From NCBI GenBank assembly GCA_039630545.1, contig JBCNUU010000003.1, forward strand, positions 99,250 through 163,249: DNA of 64,000 nucleotides, in the 5' to 3' direction. The stretch comes from Endomicrobiia bacterium (GTDB taxonomy: Bacteria; Elusimicrobiota; Endomicrobiia; DTEH01). Position 1 is the stretch's first letter. Each line of letters starts with the position of its first letter. Positions 28,598 through 38,101 of the stretch are shown piece by piece. The notes below the pieces were generated by a model, which worked only from the letters and a program-made list of their open reading frames with translations, was not told the DNA's origin and did no database searches. A program made the position numbers and the translations under genes.

Positions 28598-29232
28598 TAT
28601 CTTTCTATGATTTCCTTCTCTTTTGTTTCCTTAAGAAGTTCTTTTTCTATTATTTCGTGTTTTGACTTGATTATGTTTTCCTTTATTAATTGGAAGGATT
28701 TTTTTGTGGAGATACCGTTTTTTATTATTTCTAAAGAAACCTCAGGACTGATGTTATTTTTTCTGGCATAGTTTATTAATGATAAAAATTTCAAACTTTC
28801 TTTTACAGGTAAATTTGAATTTGATGAAGTTTTTAAAATTTGAATTATTTCATAAAAGGTAATGCCTTGTTCTATCTGGTCAGCTAGATATTGAATGGAA
28901 TATTCCAGTTCACTTTTGGAAATTTTAGGGTAAAATTCGTCTACTAAAATTTTAGCGATTTTGTAGGTGCTGATTTTTTTAATAAGTGTAGTGTAGAAAA
29001 GCAAGTAGTCAACTTTTTTTGCTATAGCTTCTTTTACTCTTAAAAGAGCTAAATTATAAAGTATGTTGTCTGAGTTTATATATTTTTCCAGCGCAGTTGT
29101 AATGTTTAGAATTTGTTGTTCTGAAAAGTTAGTTTGAGTTTTTAAAATTTCTTTTATTTCATTCTGACTTCCAAAAGAAAATTTATATATTGTGAAAGTA
29201 AAAAGAATAAATATAAAGATTCTCTTTGCCAT
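28597..29232 (-). CDS. hypothetical secreted protein (211 aa)
   Basis: Signal peptide MAKRIFIFILFTFTIYKFSFG. Its stop overlaps the sigma-factor start (ATGA). Confidence 0.5.
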   Translation of the reverse strand: MAKRIFIFILFTFTIYKFSFGSQNEIKEILKTQTNFSEQQILNITTALEKYINSDNILYNLALLRVKEAIAKKVDYLLFYTTLIKKISTYKIAKILVDEFYPKISKSELEYSIQYLADQIEQGITFYEIIQILKTSSNSNLPVKESLKFLSLINYARKNNISPEVSLEIIKNGISTKKSFQLIKENIIKSKHEIIEKELLKETKEKEIIER

Positions 29233-29255
29233 TTTATCCTCCTGTTAGTTAGGTG

Positions 29256-30482
29256 TCAATACTTATAGTTTATTCCTAAAAGATAATAACCTCCATTGTA
29301 GTTATATTTATAAAATTTTTCATACTGCATATTGGACTTTGAGGCATAAAGATTAATTATAGTTTTTAAAGAGAAGTTGGAAGTAAATTTGTACTCAAAA
29401 GAAAAAGATAAATTTGTGTAATTGATGTAAATTTTCTCTTCTAAAAATTCTCCAGTATTTTCATCTTGAAGGGGTCTTTGGGGATAGTTTTTCCTTTCAG
29501 AGGTCAATGTAACAGATAAAATGGAAGGTTTTTCGTTTATCATAAATATATAACTAAATGGTAAAGTAACCTTAAAACTATTATAATCGTAGTAATCCTT
29601 GATAAATTTAGGATAATTGGGATCGATATAGAAGTGATTTTGATTTGAGTTAAGTGAACTTAATGTAAAGATTATTCCTATGTTTGAAGCAGAATTTTTA
29701 AAAAAAGTGCTTAAATAGCTAATGCCAAAACTTAAAGAAACTGTTTGATCCTTTCTTTTTTCTTCTATATACTGGGGGCCATCTACTACTAAGTTTTGCT
29801 CTATAAAGTTTTTAGTGTTTGTATTTAGGGAAACTTTTAAGGTTAATTTATCTGTGAGTTTAGCTTCATTTTCAATGTAGAAATGGATACTGTTATAGTC
29901 CAAAGGATGTGTTCCTGCGTTTATGGAATATTCTGCACCAAATGTTTCTTGAGCTTCATAGCTTAAAGATGTATAATTAGGAAAAATAATTTTACTAAAA
30001 TTAATTCCTGAAGATAAAATATTTCTTTTATTGAAATCTTTTGAGACTTCAACTCCTAAAGCGCTTCTTGTGTAGTTGTAAAGTCCATTTTCCCAGGTTT
30101 CATTTTTTGTTTCCTTTATAGCTTGATGTTTCAATACAATTTTTGGTTTTACTGAAAACTCATAAGGAAGTTTATGAATAAGTTTTATCACTAAAAGGCT
30201 ATCAAGTGTTTCCTGGTATAATGTCCCTCCACCTAACAACTCCTCAACTTCTTTAAAACCACAGTATCTTAAGTTTAATATAGGAAGAAGAGTTGTGGAT
30301 AAAGAAAATCTTAATCCTAAAGAAAAATTAGCATCAAGATAACCACTAAAACCACTTGTTTCACCTTCAAATGTATTCTGACCACCTAATAGAGATAAAT
30401 TTATTACTGGTATTAATTTCGTTTCCGAATAAAGACTATTAAAAAATATGGTTAATAATAAAACATATATTACCTTTTTCAT
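29256..30482 (-). CDS. putative outer-membrane beta-barrel protein (408 aa), first gene of the ECF sigma operon
   Basis: Signal peptide MKKVIYVLLLTIFFNSLYS, beta-strand-rich, C-terminal ...GINYKY. Confidence 0.5.
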   Translation of the reverse strand: MKKVIYVLLLTIFFNSLYSETKLIPVINLSLLGGQNTFEGETSGFSGYLDANFSLGLRFSLSTTLLPILNLRYCGFKEVEELLGGGTLYQETLDSLLVIKLIHKLPYEFSVKPKIVLKHQAIKETKNETWENGLYNYTRSALGVEVSKDFNKRNILSSGINFSKIIFPNYTSLSYEAQETFGAEYSINAGTHPLDYNSIHFYIENEAKLTDKLTLKVSLNTNTKNFIEQNLVVDGPQYIEEKRKDQTVSLSFGISYLSTFFKNSASNIGIIFTLSSLNSNQNHFYIDPNYPKFIKDYYDYNSFKVTLPFSYIFMINEKPSILSVTLTSERKNYPQRPLQDENTGEFLEEKIYINYTNLSFSFEYKFTSNFSLKTIINLYASKSNMQYEKFYKYNYNGGYYLLGINYKY

Positions 30483-30536
30483 AATACCCCCTTTTATTTA
30501 ACTACGAACTAAAATTTTAAGAAGTTTCTTTTATTT

Positions 30537-31040
30537 TTAAAATTCTATAAATTCTACACTTTTTGTGGTGGTATTTAAGATGGCTATTGTTTTTGTGTTA
30601 TGTAGCCATCCTCCTGCTTCTCCAGGATTTATGACAATGGTTTTTCCAAAATTTTTAAGGTCTTTTCTGTGTGTATGGCCATATATTATAAAGTCATAAT
30701 CTCCTGATTTTGCTAACTCTTCAAGATTCTGTGGTGGTTCATGAAAGATTATTAGCTTAAAGGATGAGTCATCTTTATGGAGAGAATACTCAAGAGGTGG
30801 AAGCTGAATTATTGAACCACGTTTAGTGTATTTTTCTTTTAGCATTTGTTTTTCTCCATCATTGTTGCCAAAAACAAGATGAATAGGACAGTTAAGTTTA
30901 TCAAAGTGAGAAAATGTTATAGGAGAAATAATGTCTCCTGCGTGGAATACCATTTCTACATTTTTTGAGTTAAAAATTTCTACTGCTTTATCAATTGCAG
31001 GCATATTCTCGTGTGTGTCGGAGATTATTCCGATGAGCAT
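30537..31040 (-). CDS. metallophosphoesterase (YfcE/MJ0936 family phosphodiesterase)
   Basis: IISDTHEN...FHAGD...GNND...GHTH calcineurin-like metal ligands. 167 aa. Confidence 0.75.
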   Translation of the reverse strand: MLIGIISDTHENMPAIDKAVEIFNSKNVEMVFHAGDIISPITFSHFDKLNCPIHLVFGNNDGEKQMLKEKYTKRGSIIQLPPLEYSLHKDDSSFKLIIFHEPPQNLEELAKSGDYDFIIYGHTHRKDLKNFGKTIVINPGEAGGWLHNTKTIAILNTTTKSVEFIEF

Positions 31041-31074
31041 ATATCCCTCCTGTGTTTTTAGCGGAAGTTTTTCT

Positions 31075-31167
31075 CGGAGGGGGCGGGATTCGAACCCGCG
31101 GTCCAGGTTTTAGCCCGGACAACTGCTTAGCAGGCAGCTGCCTTAAACCAATCTCGGCCACCCCTCC
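31075..31167 (-). tRNA. tRNA-Ser (anticodon GCU), long variable arm, no encoded CCA
   Basis: The reverse complement reads GGAGGGGTGGCCGAGATTGGTTTAAGGCAGCTGCCTGCTAAGCAGTTG...GCGGGTTCGAATCCCGCCCCCTCCG. It has a 7-bp acceptor stem, the CT-GCT-AA anticodon loop, a long extra arm and the TTCGAAT T-loop. Confidence 0.85.
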
Positions 31168-31262
31168 TTTAAACTTTTTAATTTTACTAAAATATTTACC
31201 TGTAAATCAACAAGTTGAAAACTCTATAAGAGATATTGTAAAAATTTTTTAAGTTTAAACTT

Positions 31263-32261
31263 ATGAAAAATAAACTTTTTCTTTTTTGTGCTTTGATTTT
31301 GTTTTCTTGTAGAAAAAATTTAAAGGAATTCAAAGAGATAAGATTTTTGATGGATACTATCTGTGAGATAAAAATTTTTTGTTATGATAGCAATTTGGCT
31401 AAAAAAGCTGTTGATGAAGTTTTCAAAGAAGTAGAGAAGATAGATAAAAAATTTGGATATTCTAAAGAAAGTGAAATAGAAAAAATCAATTCTAAAAGTG
31501 GTGTTTCTTTTTGTGAAGTTTCATATGAGGTTTTGAATTTAGTAAAAGAAAGCATAACACTTAGTAAACTTACAGATGGAGCTTTTGATATTACTGTTGG
31601 AGTTTTAAGTCACCTTTGGGGATTTAAAAATTTTAGTAATGAAAAAAAATTTAAAATCCCTCAAAAACATCAGATAGTTGAAGCTTTATCTCTTGTAGGA
31701 TATGAAAAAATTGTTATAGATGAAGAAAAAAATAGAATATTTCTTAAAAAAAGAGGAATGAAAATAGATCTTGGAGGAATTGCAAAAGGATATGCTATAA
31801 AAAAAGCAAAAGAAATTTTAGAATCATATGGGTTTGATAAGTTTTTAATAAATTTTGGAGGAGATATCTATTTAAAAAACAATACAGAAATTCCCTGGAG
31901 AGTTGCTATTCAACATCCACGAGATAGAAATAAGTTTCTGGCTGTTTTAAACCTTTATACAACATCCTGTGTAACATCTGGAGATTATGAAAGATATTTT
32001 ATGTTAGAGAATAAAAGATATCACCATATTTTTGATCCAAAAACAGGATATCCTGCTGATGATATAGTTTCTGTTACAGTTTTATGTGAGGATCCGGTTT
32101 TAGCTGATGCTTTATCCACTGGAATTTTTGTTTTAGGAGAAAAAAAAGGCATACAACTGGCAGAAAAACTAAAAATAGGTTGTATCATAGTAAAAGAAAA
32201 AAAGAACAAACTCTTCATCTATACAACACAAAATTTTAAAGGTATAGATTTTAATTTATAA
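31263..32261 (+). CDS. apbE: FAD:protein FMN transferase (ApbE family lipoprotein)
   Basis: Lipoprotein signal (LILFSC), ApbE core ...DLGGIAKGYA...SGDYERYF. Confidence 0.8.
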   Translation: MKNKLFLFCALILFSCRKNLKEFKEIRFLMDTICEIKIFCYDSNLAKKAVDEVFKEVEKIDKKFGYSKESEIEKINSKSGVSFCEVSYEVLNLVKESITLSKLTDGAFDITVGVLSHLWGFKNFSNEKKFKIPQKHQIVEALSLVGYEKIVIDEEKNRIFLKKRGMKIDLGGIAKGYAIKKAKEILESYGFDKFLINFGGDIYLKNNTEIPWRVAIQHPRDRNKFLAVLNLYTTSCVTSGDYERYFMLENKRYHHIFDPKTGYPADDIVSVTVLCEDPVLADALSTGIFVLGEKKGIQLAEKLKIGCIIVKEKKNKLFIYTTQNFKGIDFNL

Positions 32262-32263
32262 AA

Positions 32264-32626
32264 ATGAAATTAACTAAACCAACATTTCTTGACTACTTCT
32301 TTATTTTTTTATTTCTGTTATCTTCTTTATTTTCATTTAAACTTATGAGTTTCAAAAAAGACAATGACTTATTTGTGGTTATTTTTCAAAACAATAGAGT
32401 TGTTTATAAGGAAAAAATTTCTATTGAAAAAATTATTCAACTTAATAATGCAGTTGTTGAAATAAAAAACAATAAAGTAAAAATTAAGCAGTCTATATGT
32501 CCTTTTAGAATATGTATGCATACAGGCTGGATTAGTAAAGCTGGTCAGCAAATAGTATGTATACCTAACAGAATTTTTATTACTATTGAAAGCAAAAAGA
32601 AAGAGATAGATACTATTGTTTATTAA
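32264..32626 (+). CDS. NusG-domain-II-containing membrane-anchored protein (DUF1312-like), typical ApbE neighbour
   Basis: N-terminal TM helix, then CPFRICMHTGWI...GQQIVCIPNRIFITI beta-rich domain with paired Cys. Located immediately after apbE. Confidence 0.5.
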   Translation: MKLTKPTFLDYFFIFLFLLSSLFSFKLMSFKKDNDLFVVIFQNNRVVYKEKISIEKIIQLNNAVVEIKNNKVKIKQSICPFRICMHTGWISKAGQQIVCIPNRIFITIESKKKEIDTIVY

Positions 32627-34061
32627 ATTTTTTTAATAGTTTTATGATATTATAAGATATAAAATATCCAAAAATACTAGCCAAAAATCCAAAGAGTGAT
32701 GCAGAATAGAAATAATCCATTGTCGTGTCGTCAATCACAAATTTTTTGGTTGTGATGAAGATGTAACCTAACCACACTACTATTCCAGAGATCATTGAAA
32801 TCCATCCAGAGTATATATTTACATATTTTTTCATAAATAAAGCTACTGTGGAAGGAACTAGAATCGCTACAAGCAAAGTCGCCCAGCTGTTAACCATGAG
32901 GTTGTAGATCTGTTGGATATATAGCGCTGTAAACATTGATAAAATTGTAAAAATAACTGTAGAGATTCTGTTTAAAAGCAAAAGAGTTTTTTCTGAAAGA
33001 GTAGGAAAATTTTTATAAACAATATTGTTTACAAATAAAGAAACTCCAGCTAAAAGCGAACTGTCGGCAGAACTCATTATTGCTGCTAATAATCCGCAGA
33101 TAAATATACTAAAAATGAAAGGGTGTAGTTCAAATAAAAACTTCTTTGCAAGTATTGGGATAAGTAGTTCTGGAGTTTCTATATCAGGAAGTATGATTCT
33201 GCTTGCTAAGCCTATTGTAATTATAACTATTCCTAAAACAAAATATATGATACCTGCTACTATAGCACTCCATCTAGCTACAAATTCATTTTTGCTTGAT
33301 AAAGAACGCTGAATTAAATCTTGTCCTACAACGCATCCAAGTCCTATTATAAACCACTTTCCTAAAAAAGTAGACCACATAGAAAAAGTATTTTTTTCAG
33401 GAAGGAAATTAAAAAATTCTTTAGGCGTAGAATGCAATATGTGTATAAGACCACCTGCATTTTTTAAAACAAACGGCAAAATAGCTATTATTCCTACAAT
33501 TAGTATAATCATCTGAAAAAAGTCAGTAATTGTTACAGCCCACATGCCTCCTGTAAGAGTATAGATTAACACCACAGCTGTTCCTAAAATCATCCCTAAG
33601 TTAGGAGGTAGTTGTGTGAAAACACTAAATATGTATCCTATAGCAACAATTTGAGCACCAAGCCATCCTATATATACTGGTAGCATAAGTAAAGTTGCGA
33701 AAGTTTCCAGTTTTTTATTATAATGTAATCCAAAAACTTCTACTACAGTTAAAAGTTTAAGTTTATAAAAAGCTACTGCATAAAAAAGACCTGCAAGAAT
33801 TAATGCTAAACTTGCACCAAAAGGGTCTGCTATGACTCCTTTTAGCCCTTGTTTATAAACTGTAGCTGCTGTTCCCATTACACTTTCTGCTCCGAACCAG
33901 GTGGCAAACATTGTTGCTGTGGCTAAGATAAATCCTAATTTTCTGCCTGCTACTAAAAAATCAGTTAAATTTTTTACTTTATAAGAAGTAAACCAACCAA
34001 TGAAAAGCATTCCTGAAAAGTAAATTCCAACTGTTATAGGTGTAAAAAATTTTTCTGTCAT
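32613..34061 (-). CDS. sodium:solute symporter family transporter
   Basis: SSS-family N-terminus FLVAGRKLGFILATATMFATWFGAESVMG. Start moved to the ATG at 34061 (MTEKFF...), which has AGGAAA 9 nt upstream. Confidence 0.75.
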   Translation of the reverse strand: MTEKFFTPITVGIYFSGMLFIGWFTSYKVKNLTDFLVAGRKLGFILATATMFATWFGAESVMGTAATVYKQGLKGVIADPFGASLALILAGLFYAVAFYKLKLLTVVEVFGLHYNKKLETFATLLMLPVYIGWLGAQIVAIGYIFSVFTQLPPNLGMILGTAVVLIYTLTGGMWAVTITDFFQMIILIVGIIAILPFVLKNAGGLIHILHSTPKEFFNFLPEKNTFSMWSTFLGKWFIIGLGCVVGQDLIQRSLSSKNEFVARWSAIVAGIIYFVLGIVIITIGLASRIILPDIETPELLIPILAKKFLFELHPFIFSIFICGLLAAIMSSADSSLLAGVSLFVNNIVYKNFPTLSEKTLLLLNRISTVIFTILSMFTALYIQQIYNLMVNSWATLLVAILVPSTVALFMKKYVNIYSGWISMISGIVVWLGYIFITTKKFVIDDTTMDYFYSASLFGFLASIFGYFISYNIIKLLKKFNKQ

Positions 34062-34096
34062 GTCTTTGGTTTCCTGTTGAAAAGTAAAATAAAATT

Positions 34097-35194
34097 TTGT
34101 TTTTTTTATTAAAAATTGCAATGGAACTCAATAGTAATACAAAAAAAATTATAAATCTTATCCTTATTGCTTCATCTCTTCAAATTTTAGAAGGATTTTT
34201 ACCTCATCCTGTCCCTGCTGCAAGATTGGGTTTAGCAAATTTAGTAAGTTTAATAGCTATTGTTAATTATGGAACAAAAACTGCTTTACAAGTTGTTATG
34301 GGAAGAACTATAGTTTCTGCTATTTTTTTAGGGACATTTCTGTCTATTCCTTTTATCTTGAGTTTTTTGTCTGGTATTTTTTCAGTGCTGGTTATGGGTG
34401 GAGTATTTTTGGTTTCCTCATATAGTTTTTTAAAATTTAGTATCTTAGGAATTTCTGTGTTTGGAGCAGTTTTTCATAATATTTCCCAGATTTTTTTAGT
34501 CTATTTTTTATTTATTAAAAATAAATCGATTCTACTGCTTTTGCCATTATTAGTTGTTTCAGGTGTAATAAGTGGAGTGGTTATAGGTAGTGTAGCAATT
34601 TTAATTTTTAAGAAATTAGATGAGAAAAAAAGTGTTGGAGTTTGGAATAAACACAACTATAAAAGTTTTACTTTTTTAGAAAGAAAACACATTCCTGAGC
34701 TTAAAATTTCTAAAATAATTTTTTTGTGTTTTATGCTGGTAGTATTAATACTTGTTTTTTTTGTGAATAAAGTTTTTTGTTTATGGTTTTTGTTCATGTT
34801 TTTAATTTTTTTGTATTTTTTTACCAGAAAAAATTTTTCCAGACTTTTTTATAATTTTAAAGCAGTTTTATGGATTTTACTTTTTTCTTTTTTTTTACAA
34901 GTGTTAACTATTAAAACTAATGGTTTAATTTTGGGTCTAATTTTTGTATTAAAGATTTTAAACATAGTTGTTTTTACTAGTTGGCTTTCGCAGTATTATT
35001 CAAAGGAAGAGTTTATATTTATTTTGCAAAAGTTGTTTTTCTTTGACAAAAGTTTTGCAAAAATTTTAGCAGTTAGTTTTTACTCTTTACCAGAATTTCT
35101 GCATGATTTTAAAGCTAAAATTGATTGGATAAAAAATTCTAATATAAAAGAAATACCTAATATAATCTCAGAAATTCTTTTAGATTATTTTTAA
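34097..35194 (+). CDS. Gx-transporter-family membrane protein (heptaprenyl-diphosphate-synthase component I-like) fused to an EcfT/CbiQ-like C-terminal TM domain
   Basis: N-terminus ...LPHPVPAARLGLANLVSLIAIVNYGTKTALQVVMGRT...GISVFGAVFHNISQ matches PF07456-type proteins. C-terminal 180 aa have multi-TM EcfT-like character. Start TTG at 34097, or ATG at 34121. Confidence 0.5.
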   Translation: MFFLLKIAMELNSNTKKIINLILIASSLQILEGFLPHPVPAARLGLANLVSLIAIVNYGTKTALQVVMGRTIVSAIFLGTFLSIPFILSFLSGIFSVLVMGGVFLVSSYSFLKFSILGISVFGAVFHNISQIFLVYFLFIKNKSILLLLPLLVVSGVISGVVIGSVAILIFKKLDEKKSVGVWNKHNYKSFTFLERKHIPELKISKIIFLCFMLVVLILVFFVNKVFCLWFLFMFLIFLYFFTRKNFSRLFYNFKAVLWILLFSFFLQVLTIKTNGLILGLIFVLKILNIVVFTSWLSQYYSKEEFIFILQKLFFFDKSFAKILAVSFYSLPEFLHDFKAKIDWIKNSNIKEIPNIISEILLDYF

Positions 35195-35267
35195 AATTTT
35201 AAGAAACTCTTTATGAGTTTTAACATCTAAATATAGTGAAAAAATTAAGTTTTAAAGAGAAAAAGTT

Positions 35268-37892
35268 ATGAATCCAGAAAAGTTTACTTTAAAATTACAA
35301 GAAGTTTTATATAATGCACAAAGATTAGCTGAAAAAAAATCAAATCCAGAGTTGACACCAGAGCACTTATTATATTCACTTCTTACCACCGAAGATTCTT
35401 TTGCTGTTGATATAATAAAGAAAATAGGTGCTGATGTAAATAAGATAATAAGTGATTTAGAAATACAGATAAATACTCTGCCACAAACAAAGACACACTC
35501 AGGGAGCACTAATGCTATTTATATTACTGGTAGAACAAAAAAAGTATTAGATATCGCTTTAGATGCTTTAGAGGAATTTAAGGATGAATATATATCTGTA
35601 GAACATCTTCTTTTGGGTATACTTCAAGAGGGAGGTATTGCCTCTAAAATTCTTCAAAGATACGGTGTTACTAAAGAAAATGTTCTTAAAGCTCTTCAAT
35701 CTTTAAGAGGAACAGAAAGAGTTACTGATCAGACTCCTGAGGAGAGGTTTAAACCTCTGGAGAGATATGGAAGAGACCTTACACGTCTTGCGAGATTAGG
35801 AAAGTTAGATCCTGTGATAGGTAGGGATCAAGAGATAAGAAGAGCAATCCAGGTTCTTTCAAGAAGAACAAAAAACAATCCTGTGTTAATAGGTGATCCT
35901 GGTGTAGGTAAGACAGCAATAGTTGAGGGTCTTGCTCAAAGAATTGTGGCAGGAGATGTCCCAGAAAGTTTGAAAGATAAAGTAGTTTTTCAGTTAGATC
36001 TTGGAGCTCTTATAGCAGGGACAAAATTTAGAGGAGAGTTTGAAGAAAGGTTAAAATCTGTATTAAAAACAATCTCAGAATCCAAAGGTCAAATCGTTCT
36101 TTTTATAGATGAAATACATACATTAGTTGGTGCAGGAGCTGCAGAAGGTGCAATTGACGCATCTAACATGTTAAAACCCATGCTTGCAAGGGGTGAACTT
36201 AGGTGTATTGGAGCCACCACTATTGAAGAGTATAGAAAGTATATAGAGAAAGATAGAGCTTTAGAAAGAAGATTCCAGCCAATTTTAGTTTCCGAACCTA
36301 CAGTAGAAGATACTATAGCAATTTTGCGTGGATTAAAAGAAAGATATGAAGTTCATCATGGGATAAAAATAAAAGATGAGGCAATTGTTGCAGCTGCTGT
36401 GCTTTCAAATAGATATATAACTGATAGATACCTACCTGATAAAGCAATAGACTTAATTGATGAAGCAGCCAGTAAGTTAAGGATAGAAATTGATTCAATG
36501 CCTGCTGAAATTGACGATATCCAAAGAAAGATTAAACAACTTGAAATAGAAAAGCAAGCTGTAAAAGCTGGAGTCGGTGGTGAACCAGTTGGAGAAAAGG
36601 AGATCGAAACAAAACTTATTGAAATAGATAAACAGATACTGGAGTTAAAACAGAAATACGAGACACTCCATAGTCAGTGGCAGAAAGAAAAAGATTTAAT
36701 TACAAAAATCAAAAGTGTAAAACAGGAAATTGAGAATTATAAAATTACAAAGCAACAAGCAGAAAGAGAAGGTAACCTTGCGTTAGCTGCAGAGATACAG
36801 TACGGTCATCTCCCTGCAAAAGAAAAAGAGTTAAACGAATTATATTCAAAACTTAGAGAAGCACAGAAGGATGCAAAAATGTTAAAAGAAGAAGTTGATG
36901 AAGAGGATATTGCGGAGGTTATATCGAAATGGACAGGAATTCCTGTAAAAAAACTTGTTCAAAGCGAAAAAGAAAAGCTTCTTGAGATGGAAAAATATTT
37001 AGCTCAGTATATTGTAGGACAACAGCATGCAATTGAGAAAATTTCCGATTGTATAAGAAGAGCACGTTCAGGTCTTTCTGATCCAAATCGTCCATTAGGA
37101 GTGTTTTTATTTTTAGGTCCTACAGGGGTTGGTAAAACAGAACTTGCAAAACGGCTTGCTGAGTTTTTGTTTAACGACCAAAAATATCTTACAAGAATAG
37201 ATATGTCTGAGTATATGGAAAAACATTCTGTTGCAAGATTAATTGGTGCTCCTCCTGGTTATGTTGGATATGAAGAAGGAGGTCAGCTTACAGAAGCTGT
37301 AAGAAGAAAGCCTTATTCAGTGATTTTATTTGATGAAATCGAAAAAGCACATCCTGAGGTTTTTAATGTATTGCTTCAGGTGTTTGATGATGGTAGGTTA
37401 ACCGATGGTAAAGGAAGAACAGTCGATTTTAAAAATACTGTAATAATTATGACTTCAAATATAGCTACAGATACAATAACCGAACTGGAAACCAAAGAAA
37501 AACTTTCATATGAACAGATTCATCAATATGTTTTAGATGAACTTAAAAAATTTTTTAAGATAGAGTTTATAAATCGCATAGACGAAATAATAATATTTAA
37601 CAGATTGACACTTAAAGATATTGTAAAGATAGTAGAAATTCAACTAAGAGATGTAGAAAATCGTCTAAAAGATAAAAACATAGAAGTAAAATTTACTGAG
37701 GATCTAAAAGAGCTTTTAGCAAAACAGGGATTTGATGTTTCTTTTGGAGCAAGGCCACTTAAAAGAGTAATACATCAGAAAATTTATAATGTGATTGCGA
37801 AGAATATAATTGAGGGAAATATAAAGGAAAATGATAAAATTATAATTGATATTGATTCCCGCGGTAACATTGTAATAAAAAAATCTGAGTAA
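35268..37892 (+). CDS. clpB: ATP-dependent chaperone ClpB
   Basis: Two AAA+ modules (GDPGVGKTA and GPTGVGKTE Walker A motifs) with a long coiled-coil M-domain between them. 874 aa. Confidence 0.95.
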   Translation: MNPEKFTLKLQEVLYNAQRLAEKKSNPELTPEHLLYSLLTTEDSFAVDIIKKIGADVNKIISDLEIQINTLPQTKTHSGSTNAIYITGRTKKVLDIALDALEEFKDEYISVEHLLLGILQEGGIASKILQRYGVTKENVLKALQSLRGTERVTDQTPEERFKPLERYGRDLTRLARLGKLDPVIGRDQEIRRAIQVLSRRTKNNPVLIGDPGVGKTAIVEGLAQRIVAGDVPESLKDKVVFQLDLGALIAGTKFRGEFEERLKSVLKTISESKGQIVLFIDEIHTLVGAGAAEGAIDASNMLKPMLARGELRCIGATTIEEYRKYIEKDRALERRFQPILVSEPTVEDTIAILRGLKERYEVHHGIKIKDEAIVAAAVLSNRYITDRYLPDKAIDLIDEAASKLRIEIDSMPAEIDDIQRKIKQLEIEKQAVKAGVGGEPVGEKEIETKLIEIDKQILELKQKYETLHSQWQKEKDLITKIKSVKQEIENYKITKQQAEREGNLALAAEIQYGHLPAKEKELNELYSKLREAQKDAKMLKEEVDEEDIAEVISKWTGIPVKKLVQSEKEKLLEMEKYLAQYIVGQQHAIEKISDCIRRARSGLSDPNRPLGVFLFLGPTGVGKTELAKRLAEFLFNDQKYLTRIDMSEYMEKHSVARLIGAPPGYVGYEEGGQLTEAVRRKPYSVILFDEIEKAHPEVFNVLLQVFDDGRLTDGKGRTVDFKNTVIIMTSNIATDTITELETKEKLSYEQIHQYVLDELKKFFKIEFINRIDEIIIFNRLTLKDIVKIVEIQLRDVENRLKDKNIEVKFTEDLKELLAKQGFDVSFGARPLKRVIHQKIYNVIAKNIIEGNIKENDKIIIDIDSRGNIVIKKSE

Positions 37893-38101
37893 TGGAAAAA
37901 TCAATTTTTAAAAACACTTAAGGAAATTTTGGATTTATGAATACACTATAATATGAAAGCAGAACTGTTAGATAAAAAATCAAAGAGTGACATACACTTA
38001 AAAAACTTTACAGATAATCTCAAGAAAGATTTTAGAGCTTAAAAGATAACAAAGAATAACATCTTAAAAAAAATAACAGATTTTCTTAATAAATTAAAAG
38101 T

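Noticed and set aside
30931-31252. Plus-strand ORFs 30931-31113 and 31052-31252
   Set aside because: They overlap the minus-strand tRNA-Ser and the metallophosphoesterase gene, and their translation is Gly/Arg-rich because of the GC-rich tRNA.
33025-33312. Plus-strand ORF inside the symporter gene
   Set aside because: It is antisense to a well-supported multi-TM transporter CDS.
37964-38053. 29-aa ORF (MKAELLDKKSKSDIHLKNFTDNLKKDFRA) in the clpB/pgi convergent spacer
   Set aside because: It is too short, has no RBS, and lies between convergent terminator regions.
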